In this document: one piece after another, positions 49,168-58,977 of the stretch
Numbering within the stretch: position 1 is the stretch's first letter
Layout of the letters: each line of letters opens with the position of its first letter
Virus record (IMG/VR): IMGVR_UViG_3300031414_000008
Coordinates: 96,001 to 160,000 of that record
Reading direction: 5' to 3' (one strand)
Length of the DNA: 64,000 bases
Source of the DNA: a virus
Notes under the pieces: model-generated
Seen by the model: only the letters and a program-made list of their open reading frames with translations
What the model was told of the DNA's origin: nothing
Database searches by the model: none
Program-made: the position numbers and the translations under genes

Positions 49168-51338
49168 TAATCCCTCCGGATGATTGCTCTGACTTCGCCA
49201 CCGAAGTTACCACCACGGTTGAAGTTAAGGTTGGCCCCGCCGCGACCATCGTTGTAGTGACCATCCTGTACGCTTCGAGCATCTACAATCGCTGGGTTCG
49301 CGAGGTAGGTCGAACGGGTGATCGGTGAAGAGCCTGGACGCTCCTCAAACACCATGGTCATCTCGATCGGATCTCCGTCATTCACTGGGAAATACGTCGG
49401 TGCGATGGTCGCGGCTTCATTGATCAGTGACACAGACCAGTTGTCCTGATAAATTTCGGCTAAAAGAAGCTTACCTTTAGCCGGCAGGTCCTCTTTTTTA
49501 GGTACATACATCTGAGCAGCGTGCTTCGACAGGATCGGTGGCGTGTACTCGTCGGTATACTTGAAGGTGAACGTCTTTTCAAGTGCCGGGTCGTAGTTGT
49601 CCGCCGTTGTTCCCGCAGTACGCACCACGATGTCATCGTAGACGCCCTTCAGGTCCTGCAGGTCCACCCAGAATGGATAGGCCTGGTAGACGACCATGTC
49701 TGCCGCTGCTTGCTGATTGATTTTAGCCAGTTTCGCCTTCAGATCGTCCGCGTAGATCAGGTAAAGTGGCGTGATGTCACGGGTATCCACTGAGATCTCT
49801 ACGCCGGCGGAGTTCTTGTACGTTCTCACCAGAGATTCAGAGGTAAAGACTTCACTACCTCGGTATGAGCGAATACCAGTGGAGCGGCCTCTCGCCACAG
49901 CCATGTTGCCTCGTGACTTGAAGACGGGGTCGACACGATACACGTCCTGGGCAACGGTCTCTCCGGCTTCCTGGACCCACCCACCAATGCCCGACAGTGC
50001 TCGACCATCCGCATTAGTTCCTCGGAATTCACCGAGCTTTGGTGCGTCTCCGACCATTCCTTGGTGATAGACAGGAATCTGGAATCGGTTGTAATAGTTT
50101 GTGCCGCGGGAGAAGTAAGTCCCTCGGTCATTACGCACGAAGTCAATGATGCGGGTGTCATAGATGTTGTCCTCGACCTGGACCAACTGCCCCATCTCAA
50201 GGTCGTCGTCGGTCACGTTGATGATTTCGTCGCCGAGCGCCCCTTTCCACACGAACACCGGGAAGGTGTGGGACGGGCGGGCACGCCAGATGACGTCGGA
50301 TACCGCGTAATACCCTTTCAGGTCGATACCGCTTTGCTGGAACAGGACCATGAACGTGTTGTACTTCAGGTAGTTACGCATGATGTACGCCATGTCAGTG
50401 TTCTCTTTGACAGGCGGGTACTGTACGCCCCCGGTTAATTCCCCAGGGATGAAGGTATTGTACCACCACTCACCGTTCTTCTGGTAGTCCCGCACGTCGA
50501 TCCAGTTGACGAGCTGCATACCCTCCGTCAGCTGATCGCCCTCGGCGATGTCCGGTTGGAAGCCGTAAGGGATGTCGTAGAAGTGCGTCGCCGTCAGGAT
50601 CTCCCAGTGCCCATTGATCGGGTTCTGCAGAACGTTCATGACCTTCTCGTTCGCACGAACGGTCGGTACGCCGATGGCCAGGTTCACACCGGCCTGCAGG
50701 TAGTTGATCACGGGACCGTGAGAGTACAGGAAGTACAGGCCCTGGATGAAGTTCTTGTAGTTCCCGATCGTACGGTCCGGAGACATGCCCACGGCACGAC
50801 CGAACTGTGAGTAGATGATGTTCTCGTCCACGCACACGTTCGAGCCCCAGATAGCGAATTGAGTCTTACCCTCGGCGGTCACACGCTGCGGGAAGCCGAG
50901 CTCCGCCAGCGGCTTGTAGAAGGACACTTCTGTACCCTCTTCGTTGATCTCAAAGTGCACGCCGTGCGACAGAGAGATCGAAGGGAGCATCGGACGGTTC
51001 ATCATGAAGTCCATCCGGGTGGTCTTCTCCGGCAGTTTGAAGATGGTCCCGGTTAGCCCGTCGACGGCGTCGGCAGGGGAGAACAGGTACAGCTTCAGCT
51101 GAGAGTTGTATGACTCCTGGATCGTGTCCAGGGAGATGTTCCCCGCACGCTGCAGGAACTGCCCGTAGGCGTCCCCGAGCGTCTGCGTGGAAACCTCGAG
51201 GAGCGAATCCACGAGGTCTTTGTCAGCGAAGATCTGCAGCCAGAAGTCGGACAGGCCGTAGTAATACGACATCTGTCCGGTGACCTCGGCTCGCTCTCCA
51301 AGGCCTTTTAGTCCTGCTGCCGAGATGAAATTACTCAT
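49167..51338 (-). CDS. baseplate wedge-like structural protein
   Basis: 723 aa directly after the J-like gene; YLQAGVNLAIG pattern. Confidence 0.55.
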   Translation of the reverse strand: MSNFISAAGLKGLGERAEVTGQMSYYYGLSDFWLQIFADKDLVDSLLEVSTQTLGDAYGQFLQRAGNISLDTIQESYNSQLKLYLFSPADAVDGLTGTIFKLPEKTTRMDFMMNRPMLPSISLSHGVHFEINEEGTEVSFYKPLAELGFPQRVTAEGKTQFAIWGSNVCVDENIIYSQFGRAVGMSPDRTIGNYKNFIQGLYFLYSHGPVINYLQAGVNLAIGVPTVRANEKVMNVLQNPINGHWEILTATHFYDIPYGFQPDIAEGDQLTEGMQLVNWIDVRDYQKNGEWWYNTFIPGELTGGVQYPPVKENTDMAYIMRNYLKYNTFMVLFQQSGIDLKGYYAVSDVIWRARPSHTFPVFVWKGALGDEIINVTDDDLEMGQLVQVEDNIYDTRIIDFVRNDRGTYFSRGTNYYNRFQIPVYHQGMVGDAPKLGEFRGTNADGRALSGIGGWVQEAGETVAQDVYRVDPVFKSRGNMAVARGRSTGIRSYRGSEVFTSESLVRTYKNSAGVEISVDTRDITPLYLIYADDLKAKLAKINQQAAADMVVYQAYPFWVDLQDLKGVYDDIVVRTAGTTADNYDPALEKTFTFKYTDEYTPPILSKHAAQMYVPKKEDLPAKGKLLLAEIYQDNWSVSLINEAATIAPTYFPVNDGDPIEMTMVFEERPGSSPITRSTYLANPAIVDARSVQDGHYNDGRGGANLNFNRGGNFGGEVRAIIRRD

Positions 51339-52921
51339 TTAGGCTCCGGTGTAATGGTTAGTTTGTCTAGGTAGAAGCGCTGAGTCGAGGCCGCCGTGAA
51401 CTTATCGGTCACCGTCTGCGTGTCCATTACGAGATCCTTCGCGACAGAGATTGCCGTCACCTTCATCGGTGCCTTCACGTTACCCAGACCGGCTTCACTG
51501 ATCAAACGGTGAAGTTCAGATACGTAGATCGTACCATTAACTGGCGTCTGGTTAAAGTAGTCGTCCACCGCCTTACGGGCCAGGGAGATCTCATCTGCGG
51601 TATAGGACTGTTCGTAGCCGGTCGCTTCGATGTTCACAAGGATCGGTTCGAAGGCACGGCACAGCTGGTCAGCACACACGACACGGTTCTGCTGATCTTC
51701 CAGGAACGACTGAATGTCCTCCAGACCGGTGAACTTGCGGACCACGAAAGAAGCCGTCTTGTTCGGTTGCAGCAGGCCGAAGTCGATACGCAGAATCTGC
51801 TTGGCAGACAGGCCGAAGTCCTTCTGGGGCACTAGCGGCACGTGATTCGTGTACACCGTGGTGTTCGGGTAAGAGATCGCAGCCTCTGCACTCTGAGGGA
51901 TCTCGTCGTCCTTCACGCCGCCGGAAACCGGTGAGCGGTAGATGTCGAAGATCGGCCCTGTGAGCTCAACCACACCTTTCGAGTCTGTCGTCAACTGCAC
52001 AACGGTCGTACGGAACGGCGTATCCGCGTAGATATCCACGGAACCACCGACGTGGATCTTGTACTTCAGTGCAATCTCGGTCGCCGGATCATCGAAGATG
52101 CCTTCCACTTTCACGTAGTCACGCCACATGTCCGGATCGCCCATGCCCACCACCTTCATGTATTTGACGTAGTTGAAGACGTCAGTGATACGGGACGTGA
52201 TTGACGGGTCGTTGATCAGGTTACGGGTCGAGATTGAGTTGTACGAACGGTCCACCATCTCCACGTTGGTTTCCTGACGCACCGCCGGCTCGCTCATGTA
52301 CAGGATCTTGCCCTTCACGAAGTACGGGTTGAAGAGCGTGAAGTACAGCAGGTCGCCCTCGGTCAGGTCGTTGTAATCCTCGTCCGCTGACTGTGAGGAC
52401 AGGTCAGTGTCGAAGTACCACAGTTCTTCCGACGAGTCGTACGCCAGGTACACGTTTCCGGAGATCGGTGTGTCACCGTCCTTCAGCGGCTGGGCGAAGA
52501 TCGGGCTTGACGGGTAGAACATACGAGTGTTGTCCGTCGAGAAGAACGCTGACGTTGGCAGGGAGACGTTGCTTGGCGTCCCGTTCTGGAACAGGAAGTA
52601 CAGGCGTGCCCGCACGGTAGCGAACGAACCGGTGTTACGCTGGATGAAGAAGTTCGACAGGATCCCGTCAACCACTTCCTGAGGCGTATCGTTGGTCACT
52701 GACGCAAGTGTGCCGCTCTCGAAGTAAATCTCGATGTACTTCTTCAGCATAGCAATCATCACGGCATTCGGACGGATCACGAGGTCACGCACACCGGTAC
52801 CCTGACGGAAGTCAACCGTCGGGAACTTCGCCTCTAAGAACTGCTGGGCGAAGGTTTCGGCTTGCTGGATGTCATCAGAGGATAACTCCAGCTCGCTCAT
52901 TACGGAAAAGATATCAGCCAT
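51335..52921 (-). CDS. baseplate J-like wedge protein
   Basis: DFRQGTGVRDLVIRP...NFFIQRNTGSFA...QETNVEM. Confidence 0.75.
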   Translation of the reverse strand: MADIFSVMSELELSSDDIQQAETFAQQFLEAKFPTVDFRQGTGVRDLVIRPNAVMIAMLKKYIEIYFESGTLASVTNDTPQEVVDGILSNFFIQRNTGSFATVRARLYFLFQNGTPSNVSLPTSAFFSTDNTRMFYPSSPIFAQPLKDGDTPISGNVYLAYDSSEELWYFDTDLSSQSADEDYNDLTEGDLLYFTLFNPYFVKGKILYMSEPAVRQETNVEMVDRSYNSISTRNLINDPSITSRITDVFNYVKYMKVVGMGDPDMWRDYVKVEGIFDDPATEIALKYKIHVGGSVDIYADTPFRTTVVQLTTDSKGVVELTGPIFDIYRSPVSGGVKDDEIPQSAEAAISYPNTTVYTNHVPLVPQKDFGLSAKQILRIDFGLLQPNKTASFVVRKFTGLEDIQSFLEDQQNRVVCADQLCRAFEPILVNIEATGYEQSYTADEISLARKAVDDYFNQTPVNGTIYVSELHRLISEAGLGNVKAPMKVTAISVAKDLVMDTQTVTDKFTAASTQRFYLDKLTITPEPK

Positions 52922-53420
52922 TTGTTACCTCGTTGAGAATCAAACCGTTGCTGTTAAACGGCAGTGCGATTGGGGCGCCTACCCCGGCTTTGGTCAGGAC
53001 GCGGATCTTCACGATCGTCGACTCACGGCCCTGGACGGCATCGATGACCTCCACGGACTCGAGCTGAGACTCCGCGGAGTACAGGTAGGAGTTCAGGATG
53101 GCCTTCGCTTGGTCACCGGCTTGCTTGATCGCCGCGGTAATCGCTGCACGGGCAGACACGGAGTCCTGCGTAATGTTCGAGTACCACGCGTATTCCGTGA
53201 ACTTCGTCCCTTGCTTCGGATAAATCGGGTCGGACCCCTGTCCGGTCATCAGGCACTTCACGAGCACCTGGACCACCTTCTGCAGCCCGGAGATCTTACG
53301 TGGGTTGTTCCCCATCGTGAACTGGAGCTGAGAGTTAGGGAAGCCGTCCGGGAATCCTAAAAGAAGGAGATCGTAACGGTCCTGGTTCTTAAGGTTTTGC
53401 GTATTGCCAACGCGGGCCAT
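52914..53420 (-). CDS. gp25-like baseplate protein
   Basis: ISGLQKVVQVLVKCLMT...P..GT; position upstream of the J-like gene. Confidence 0.65.
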   Translation of the reverse strand: MARVGNTQNLKNQDRYDLLLLGFPDGFPNSQLQFTMGNNPRKISGLQKVVQVLVKCLMTGQGSDPIYPKQGTKFTEYAWYSNITQDSVSARAAITAAIKQAGDQAKAILNSYLYSAESQLESVEVIDAVQGRESTIVKIRVLTKAGVGAPIALPFNSNGLILNEVTNG

Positions 53421-53812
53421 TATTCACTCCCTGGAGCCTGTCGTGCTCCCGTTAGGTTAAACAGATTGTTGTTCAAGTTGTTCGCCCAGTTAGCCTGACG
53501 GATCCCAGCTTCACTCGCAGCTTCACGGTAGTAGTCCGCACGGGACATGTTCCGGATGGCCATTTCGGCCTGCATTGAGTCGAGATCACGATAGGAAGCT
53601 AAAAGGGCGGCGTTAGTGGTGGACGCAGAGCCCTTAACGCGGCTCTGAATCGCCCGGCGAAGACCCGAGAGGTCAAAGCCGGTGATCACTTCATTCGCAT
53701 CTTTGCCGGGGGTTTCCGGGTCCCCAAAGAACCCGGTCATCCCCTTATAGTAGCTGCCTACCTTTGCAAAGTGCTCTTTAATGATCGATGGAATGTCATT
53801 TAGTTGCCCCAT
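53420..53812 (-). CDS. hypothetical virion-module protein
   Basis: Coupled gene. Confidence 0.65.
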   Translation of the reverse strand: MGQLNDIPSIIKEHFAKVGSYYKGMTGFFGDPETPGKDANEVITGFDLSGLRRAIQSRVKGSASTTNAALLASYRDLDSMQAEMAIRNMSRADYYREAASEAGIRQANWANNLNNNLFNLTGARQAPGSE

Positions 53813-54504
53813 GTTCCGTATTTCTCCTGTAGAGCCGCGACTTTCTTAGTCAGGTTCCCGGACGCATAGTTATACTGGTTGAGGTTCATTCCAAGGGACG
53901 CAGCGATTTCACTGGCAGGCTTCTTCGCGGCACGCCCTTCAAGGATTTTCAGTTCGTCCGGGGTTAGCTGACTCTTAATGTAGTTTAGTTTCAGCGGGTC
54001 CTCGTTGAACCGAGAGTGTTCGGCGGCGTACAGGTTGCCGGACTCGTAGTGGTCCTGGAAGATCAGAGCCTTGTACTTCTCGACTTCCTTCTCGGACCAA
54101 CCCATACGGTGACCGATTTCCTTGTTCGTTGGATCGCGGCCCAGTTCATCCTCCAGGGTAGTGACAGCGTGGTTGTACTTCCCGTACTGCAGCTGCTTGT
54201 CTTCACCCATGTTGGCGATGTTTTGGTACGTATAGTTCAGACGCTTGGCTTTACGCGTCCAGTTATAGACGTGGGTCGAAAGCTTCGTGCCCTTCGATGG
54301 GTCGTACTCCTTGATCGCACGCAGCGCCCAGGACACGACTTCACCTTTCAGTGCCGACTGCGGGAGCGATCCGGACAGCTTGTTCGTTTCGCTCTGGATG
54401 ATCGGCTTCAGGTTGTTGACCAGGTTCTTCAGAGCCGCCTTGTCACCACTGCTTTTCCAGCGGTTATACAGCTCTAGGTCGCGGTCACCTAATTCCTCAT
54501 TCAT
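53800..54504 (-). CDS. phage sigma70-family (FliA-like) sigma factor
   Basis: Region 2 ALRAIKEYDPSKGTKLSTHV; region 3 PTNKEIGHRMG; region 4 LTPDELKIL...EIAASLG. Confidence 0.8.
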   Translation of the reverse strand: MNEELGDRDLELYNRWKSSGDKAALKNLVNNLKPIIQSETNKLSGSLPQSALKGEVVSWALRAIKEYDPSKGTKLSTHVYNWTRKAKRLNYTYQNIANMGEDKQLQYGKYNHAVTTLEDELGRDPTNKEIGHRMGWSEKEVEKYKALIFQDHYESGNLYAAEHSRFNEDPLKLNYIKSQLTPDELKILEGRAAKKPASEIAASLGMNLNQYNYASGNLTKKVAALQEKYGTWGN

Positions 54505-54796
54505 GGGATACCTCTTGAGTTAAGTTGAATGCTCTCACTACGTTGTACGAGTAGTCTACCAGTAATTCCTGCAACTGTCGGGAGTTTCGACGATAAACGA
54601 AACAATCCTTCGGGTTGGATGTCGTGGACAGACGACCGTCAGAGATCAGGTTCGTCGGAATCATGTTGTGGAAACGTCGTACGATATTCATCTTCTCGCT
54701 CGCCATCAGATTCGCATCAGGCTGAACGACCTGAGACTCCGGCAGTGAAGCCGGAAGTCCCTCAGGATAAGTCAAAACTGCATTGTAATCGCTCAT
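54497..54796 (-). CDS. hypothetical protein
   Basis: 99 aa upstream of the sigma gene. Confidence 0.65.
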   Translation of the reverse strand: MSDYNAVLTYPEGLPASLPESQVVQPDANLMASEKMNIVRRFHNMIPTNLISDGRLSTTSNPKDCFVYRRNSRQLQELLVDYSYNVVRAFNLTQEVSHE

Positions 54797-54798
54797 AG

Positions 54799-54808
54799 TT
54801 CTTATACC
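54799..54808 (-). promoter_or_regulatory. GGTATAAGAA motif on the minus strand
   Basis: Ends 2 nt before ATG 54796; could alternatively be RBS context only. Confidence 0.4.
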
Positions 54809-54809
54809 C

Positions 54810-57800
54810 TTAACCGAGTCCTAAGTCGAAGTGCACCGGGTCGTACGTTGAGAAGTTACCGCCCCAACGAAGCGTGATGCCCATGGAGTTCGCACACTGC
54901 AGAACGTACGCAGCGAAGTTCTCCATGACCGCCCGGGACGATGCGTTCAGGTTGTTACACGGCACCATGTCTACGGCCCACGACGGATACTTCAGGTGAC
55001 GAGAGCCTTTGCCTGCACCCTGAGCATACTTGCCACCACCGTTCTCCAAGGCCGCCTGCTTGGCCGACGTACGGTAGCCCGATGTGATCACAACTGGACG
55101 GGTCTCGATGACTTTCATCACGACCTTAACCAGATCTGGGTGACACTCGGCCAACTTCGCCTGAGACGTCGCGTCCAGGGCACCAACGGAACAACGCTTA
55201 CCGAGTTTAGGCAGAACTTCCGGAAGCTGACCCTGTACGGTTGCTTGCTGAAGCGGAAGACCCGGTTGGCCTACGGTTGGTGGCACGTTCGTCGGACGGA
55301 TCCCTGAGACGATCACTGGGTCTGGCGTCTCGGCCTCTGAATCGTAATCCAGGAAGGCGGAGCACTCCATGTCACGGCCACGCAGCAGCGACGAATCCTG
55401 TGTACCGGACTGGTCGTTCACCCACGGACCCTTACGGACTTCCTCAACGGTCGGAGAGCCTTGGTTCCACATGTCGATGTCAACGAAGGTCTCTGCCACC
55501 ATGGCGTGCTCCTTCTCGATATCCAACAGTGACGCGATGTTACGGGCCACGAGATTCAGGTTACCTAGCGTCGTCGTGTAGAGCGTCGGGTGGGTTGACC
55601 CGGTCAGGGTTGCCGCTTCACCGATTTCCCACACGCCCATGTTACGCTTCACCGGGAAAGGTTTACCGGTTGAGTACGCTTCGAGGATCGTTGGGTCCGC
55701 GGCGCCCACGCCCAGCACGTCGTTATAGTACTGGCATGCACGCTGGAAGGCCGGCGTATTGCCATACATCGACAGGTTCTCGTCCATCTTCAGCTGTGCG
55801 AGCAACCACGGGTACGTCCCCGGGATGTAACACGTGGCGATTTCCGAGAAGGTGAACGCCGAGGACATCCCGATCGACGTCGCTGCGTAACCCCCGGCGT
55901 CAATGCTGTGCGTCACACTCGTACAGAAGCCATGGTATGACTCTCTGAGAGGACTTGGATCGATGATGTCCATTGGGTACCCTGGGACGATAAACGGGTT
56001 GAAAACGCCGTCTACGGAGCCCTGACGGGACTGTGAGTAGATGTTTGAGAACTCCACGTCCACACCGGTGAAGAACAGACGTTGGTAGGCCTCGATGCCC
56101 GCCAAGTCGGTGTCCCACGGGTTCAGCGTTGGGTCGTCCGGATACAGCTTACTCCATGCCGCCTTCAGGTTATCGATCGTTGTGCCGGACGCCAAGTCAC
56201 CCACGTTGCCCGAAGATGTTTGGTGGGACAGCACGGCGTACCAGTAAGGCAGAGTACCGTCAGCGGTACGCACACCGGAACCCCACTCGTATTTCCCCGG
56301 CGTCGCCACCAGAGAGATCAGGGTCTGGGCCAAGTTACCGCCGTCAGCCAGGGCCACACGGACGGAGTGCGGGGCGACGTAGTTGTGCATGTTCACGGTG
56401 GTCCCGGCGTTCGCCTGAGAGTCTGCAGTGAACTGCATCCCGTTGTAGATCACACGTGAAGGCACCTGATCGGAGCCGATGTTCACCGAATAGGACTCGT
56501 ACATGTACGGCAGCAGCACGTTACAGATCGGTGAGTAGTACGCGAACATCCGCGGCTTGTAGACATGGTCGATCAGTTCCGGCGTGCCGGAGATCCCCAC
56601 TTTAGCCGGTGAGTTCAGGATCACGTGGTCATACTCCACGACGTCCAGGAAGGCGTCGATCAGCTGGCCGTACGACATCACTTCACCGGTACCGCCCGAC
56701 GTCATGCCGTTTGAAAGGATACTCAGAAGTTGCGTTGCCATGGCACCCGGCAGCAGCCCATTCATGTTGCCCGGGATCAACTTACCGTTGTTTGAGGCCA
56801 TTTCCTCGTTGGAACCACGTGAAGAATAGGCATTCGCGGCCAGACTCTGGGCGGACGGGAGTGGGGCATCCAGGAAGAATGCCTGGTCACGCTTACGGCG
56901 GCTCACCAAACCTTGGGAAACTTGACCGCCAGCATACACCCACGACATGAACTCATTGGCAGCACCCTGGGTGTTCCCTTCGGTGATCAGACGAACGAGC
57001 GTCGAAGGTTGACCGTTGGATTGCTGCAGGGCTCCGTCCTTGCCCAGCCCGCCAGGCCCGACGTTGAATGTTAAATCGACCAGGGCATCGAATTGTCCCT
57101 GGGAAAGCTTGAGCCCAAGACGGGCTACGGCACGCTCTGCAGAGGCCACGTCTGCGGTCAGCAGCGAGTCAACCTGTGCGTCGGAGAGCGTCTTGCCATC
57201 GTACTGCGTGTCCGTTCTGGCAACCGCGTGGCCAACACCGATGGATGGCGTGCCGGTGGCGTCCAGAGCGTGAGCGATCGTCTTCCCGGTAGCGTCGTCG
57301 TACAGCTTGTAGTGACGGCCTTCGGCGAACTCGATCAGTTCTTTCTTACCGCGGGCAGACATGGACGTCAGGCCGAGCACCGTCTCCGGAGAAGAACCGG
57401 TGGTTGCCGTCTGCGTCGTCGCAGGCGCCTGGGTCGGGGCCGTCTTGGAATCACGCTGGATTGAACCTTCGATCACCGGGTGGCCGGTCATCTTGGTGAA
57501 GAACTTCAAGCCGCTTTCCATCAACGGGATGTACATCTTCGTCATGATCGACTTGTCTTTCTGGTCGCCCGTCGAGTAAGCCGAACGCTTGAAGGAGTTC
57601 CACAGAGCCACGATCACCCCCGGAATACCTTGAAGACGCCAGTAGTTGTCAGACATGGTGTCGGAGAGCACTGAGATATCCCCGGCTTCCGGAGAATCTT
57701 CGAGGGTCACCTGACCGGCTTCCGGAGCACGAACGCCCGCGAGGGCCTGTTCGATCGTGTACAGAGAGCTAACGTTGCCGCCGTCCACCATGATACCAAA

Positions 57801-58313
57801 CGCTGAGTCACGAGCCGTCGTTTCCTGCGGGTTGGTTCCGATGTACTTGAAGAGGATCTCGTTCAGGATGTAGTAAGGGTGCACGCAGTTCAGTGACACG
57901 CTCGCAGAACCGCCTTCACCGGCCAGGGACTTGGAGTCCGTGACCGACGTGATGACGCCGCCGAAGATCAGCTTGTAGGCATGACGCTCGAGTTTGTTGA
58001 AGGTCTCACCGGCTTCGGCCACTGCCGCCTGGGCATCGAGGGTGTTAATCGTTGAGACGTTGCCTACCATCTTCTTCATGTCGTAAGGCGCCAGGCCTTG
58101 GTTAAAGTCACGATAGAAGAGGTGCACCTTCGGGAAGTACCCCTTGGTCATCTCTGAGAAACCACGCCACGGCGCCAGAGTGATCTGGGCCGTTGGCAGT
58201 CCGCGGTAGGTGTTGGTCACGCTGGCTGCATTAAAGGGGACCTCGATCCCCTCAATGTACAGCCGGAAGTTACCGTATAGGTTGTCTCCACCGAGATTAT
58301 TTTCTAAACGCAT
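54810..58313 (-). CDS. baseplate hub-like protein with internal GH24 lysozyme and C-terminal M15 peptidase
   Basis: FAEG...YDD...SIGVGH lysozyme; CHPDL...SGYRT...SRH...AVD...RWGG...VHFDL peptidase. Confidence 0.8.
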   Translation of the reverse strand: MRLENNLGGDNLYGNFRLYIEGIEVPFNAASVTNTYRGLPTAQITLAPWRGFSEMTKGYFPKVHLFYRDFNQGLAPYDMKKMVGNVSTINTLDAQAAVAEAGETFNKLERHAYKLIFGGVITSVTDSKSLAGEGGSASVSLNCVHPYYILNEILFKYIGTNPQETTARDSAFGIMVDGGNVSSLYTIEQALAGVRAPEAGQVTLEDSPEAGDISVLSDTMSDNYWRLQGIPGVIVALWNSFKRSAYSTGDQKDKSIMTKMYIPLMESGLKFFTKMTGHPVIEGSIQRDSKTAPTQAPATTQTATTGSSPETVLGLTSMSARGKKELIEFAEGRHYKLYDDATGKTIAHALDATGTPSIGVGHAVARTDTQYDGKTLSDAQVDSLLTADVASAERAVARLGLKLSQGQFDALVDLTFNVGPGGLGKDGALQQSNGQPSTLVRLITEGNTQGAANEFMSWVYAGGQVSQGLVSRRKRDQAFFLDAPLPSAQSLAANAYSSRGSNEEMASNNGKLIPGNMNGLLPGAMATQLLSILSNGMTSGGTGEVMSYGQLIDAFLDVVEYDHVILNSPAKVGISGTPELIDHVYKPRMFAYYSPICNVLLPYMYESYSVNIGSDQVPSRVIYNGMQFTADSQANAGTTVNMHNYVAPHSVRVALADGGNLAQTLISLVATPGKYEWGSGVRTADGTLPYWYAVLSHQTSSGNVGDLASGTTIDNLKAAWSKLYPDDPTLNPWDTDLAGIEAYQRLFFTGVDVEFSNIYSQSRQGSVDGVFNPFIVPGYPMDIIDPSPLRESYHGFCTSVTHSIDAGGYAATSIGMSSAFTFSEIATCYIPGTYPWLLAQLKMDENLSMYGNTPAFQRACQYYNDVLGVGAADPTILEAYSTGKPFPVKRNMGVWEIGEAATLTGSTHPTLYTTTLGNLNLVARNIASLLDIEKEHAMVAETFVDIDMWNQGSPTVEEVRKGPWVNDQSGTQDSSLLRGRDMECSAFLDYDSEAETPDPVIVSGIRPTNVPPTVGQPGLPLQQATVQGQLPEVLPKLGKRCSVGALDATSQAKLAECHPDLVKVVMKVIETRPVVITSGYRTSAKQAALENGGGKYAQGAGKGSRHLKYPSWAVDMVPCNNLNASSRAVMENFAAYVLQCANSMGITLRWGGNFSTYDPVHFDLGLG

Positions 58314-58977
58314 TACCGTACGCTCCGTAGTAGGCCAGAATCATGAGAGCACGCTCGAAACGGCTCTTGATGTTATTCAGATAGTCTACCTCATCCGGCG
58401 GAATCTTTAAAGAACCCATCTGGCGAACCATCATGTCCATTTCCTCGTGCGACACGAGCTCTTCGAAAAGTCCTTGACGCAGCGGCAGCGGCGGTGACGG
58501 CAGCGGCAGAGCACCCATGATGGCGCCGGAGTACGTTCCTGCGAGGTGGTTCAGGTACGCTGAAGACTCCACGGGCATCTTGACCACGGCACCGACCTCT
58601 GGGAGCGGTTCTGTGATGCCCAGACGGATATACGTACCGTGTAGGCACTTGCGGCACACACCACCCTTGGACGTACACGCACACGTATCCCGCACGCGGA
58701 TCGTGAAGATATTGTGCTCGTACTTATCGATCACGTACGCCTCATCGATGATCTCGTCCGTGTCGAGGGCCAGCAGGCCCACCATCGAGTAGTCGTCTGC
58801 TGACACATTTCGTCCGAGCATCGTGTGGCAATCATCTTCGACAACCTTGACCGTTGGCTGAAGGATCTTCGTGGTGAAGGCCTTCACGGAAGGCAGAAGG
58901 TCAGGCATCGCCTTCTGCTTGAAGAAGTTCTCAAGGGTCATCGATTGGGCATACGAACGTACCCCTAAATTACTCAT
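58297..58977 (-). CDS. stand-alone RNA polymerase beta-prime zinc-binding domain-like protein
   Basis: VVEDDCHT...IRVRDTCACTSKGGVCRKCLHG parallels the beta-prime motif EDDCGT...VRS..C....GVC..CYG. Confidence 0.65.
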   Translation of the reverse strand: MSNLGVRSYAQSMTLENFFKQKAMPDLLPSVKAFTTKILQPTVKVVEDDCHTMLGRNVSADDYSMVGLLALDTDEIIDEAYVIDKYEHNIFTIRVRDTCACTSKGGVCRKCLHGTYIRLGITEPLPEVGAVVKMPVESSAYLNHLAGTYSGAIMGALPLPSPPLPLRQGLFEELVSHEEMDMMVRQMGSLKIPPDEVDYLNNIKSRFERALMILAYYGAYGNAFRK

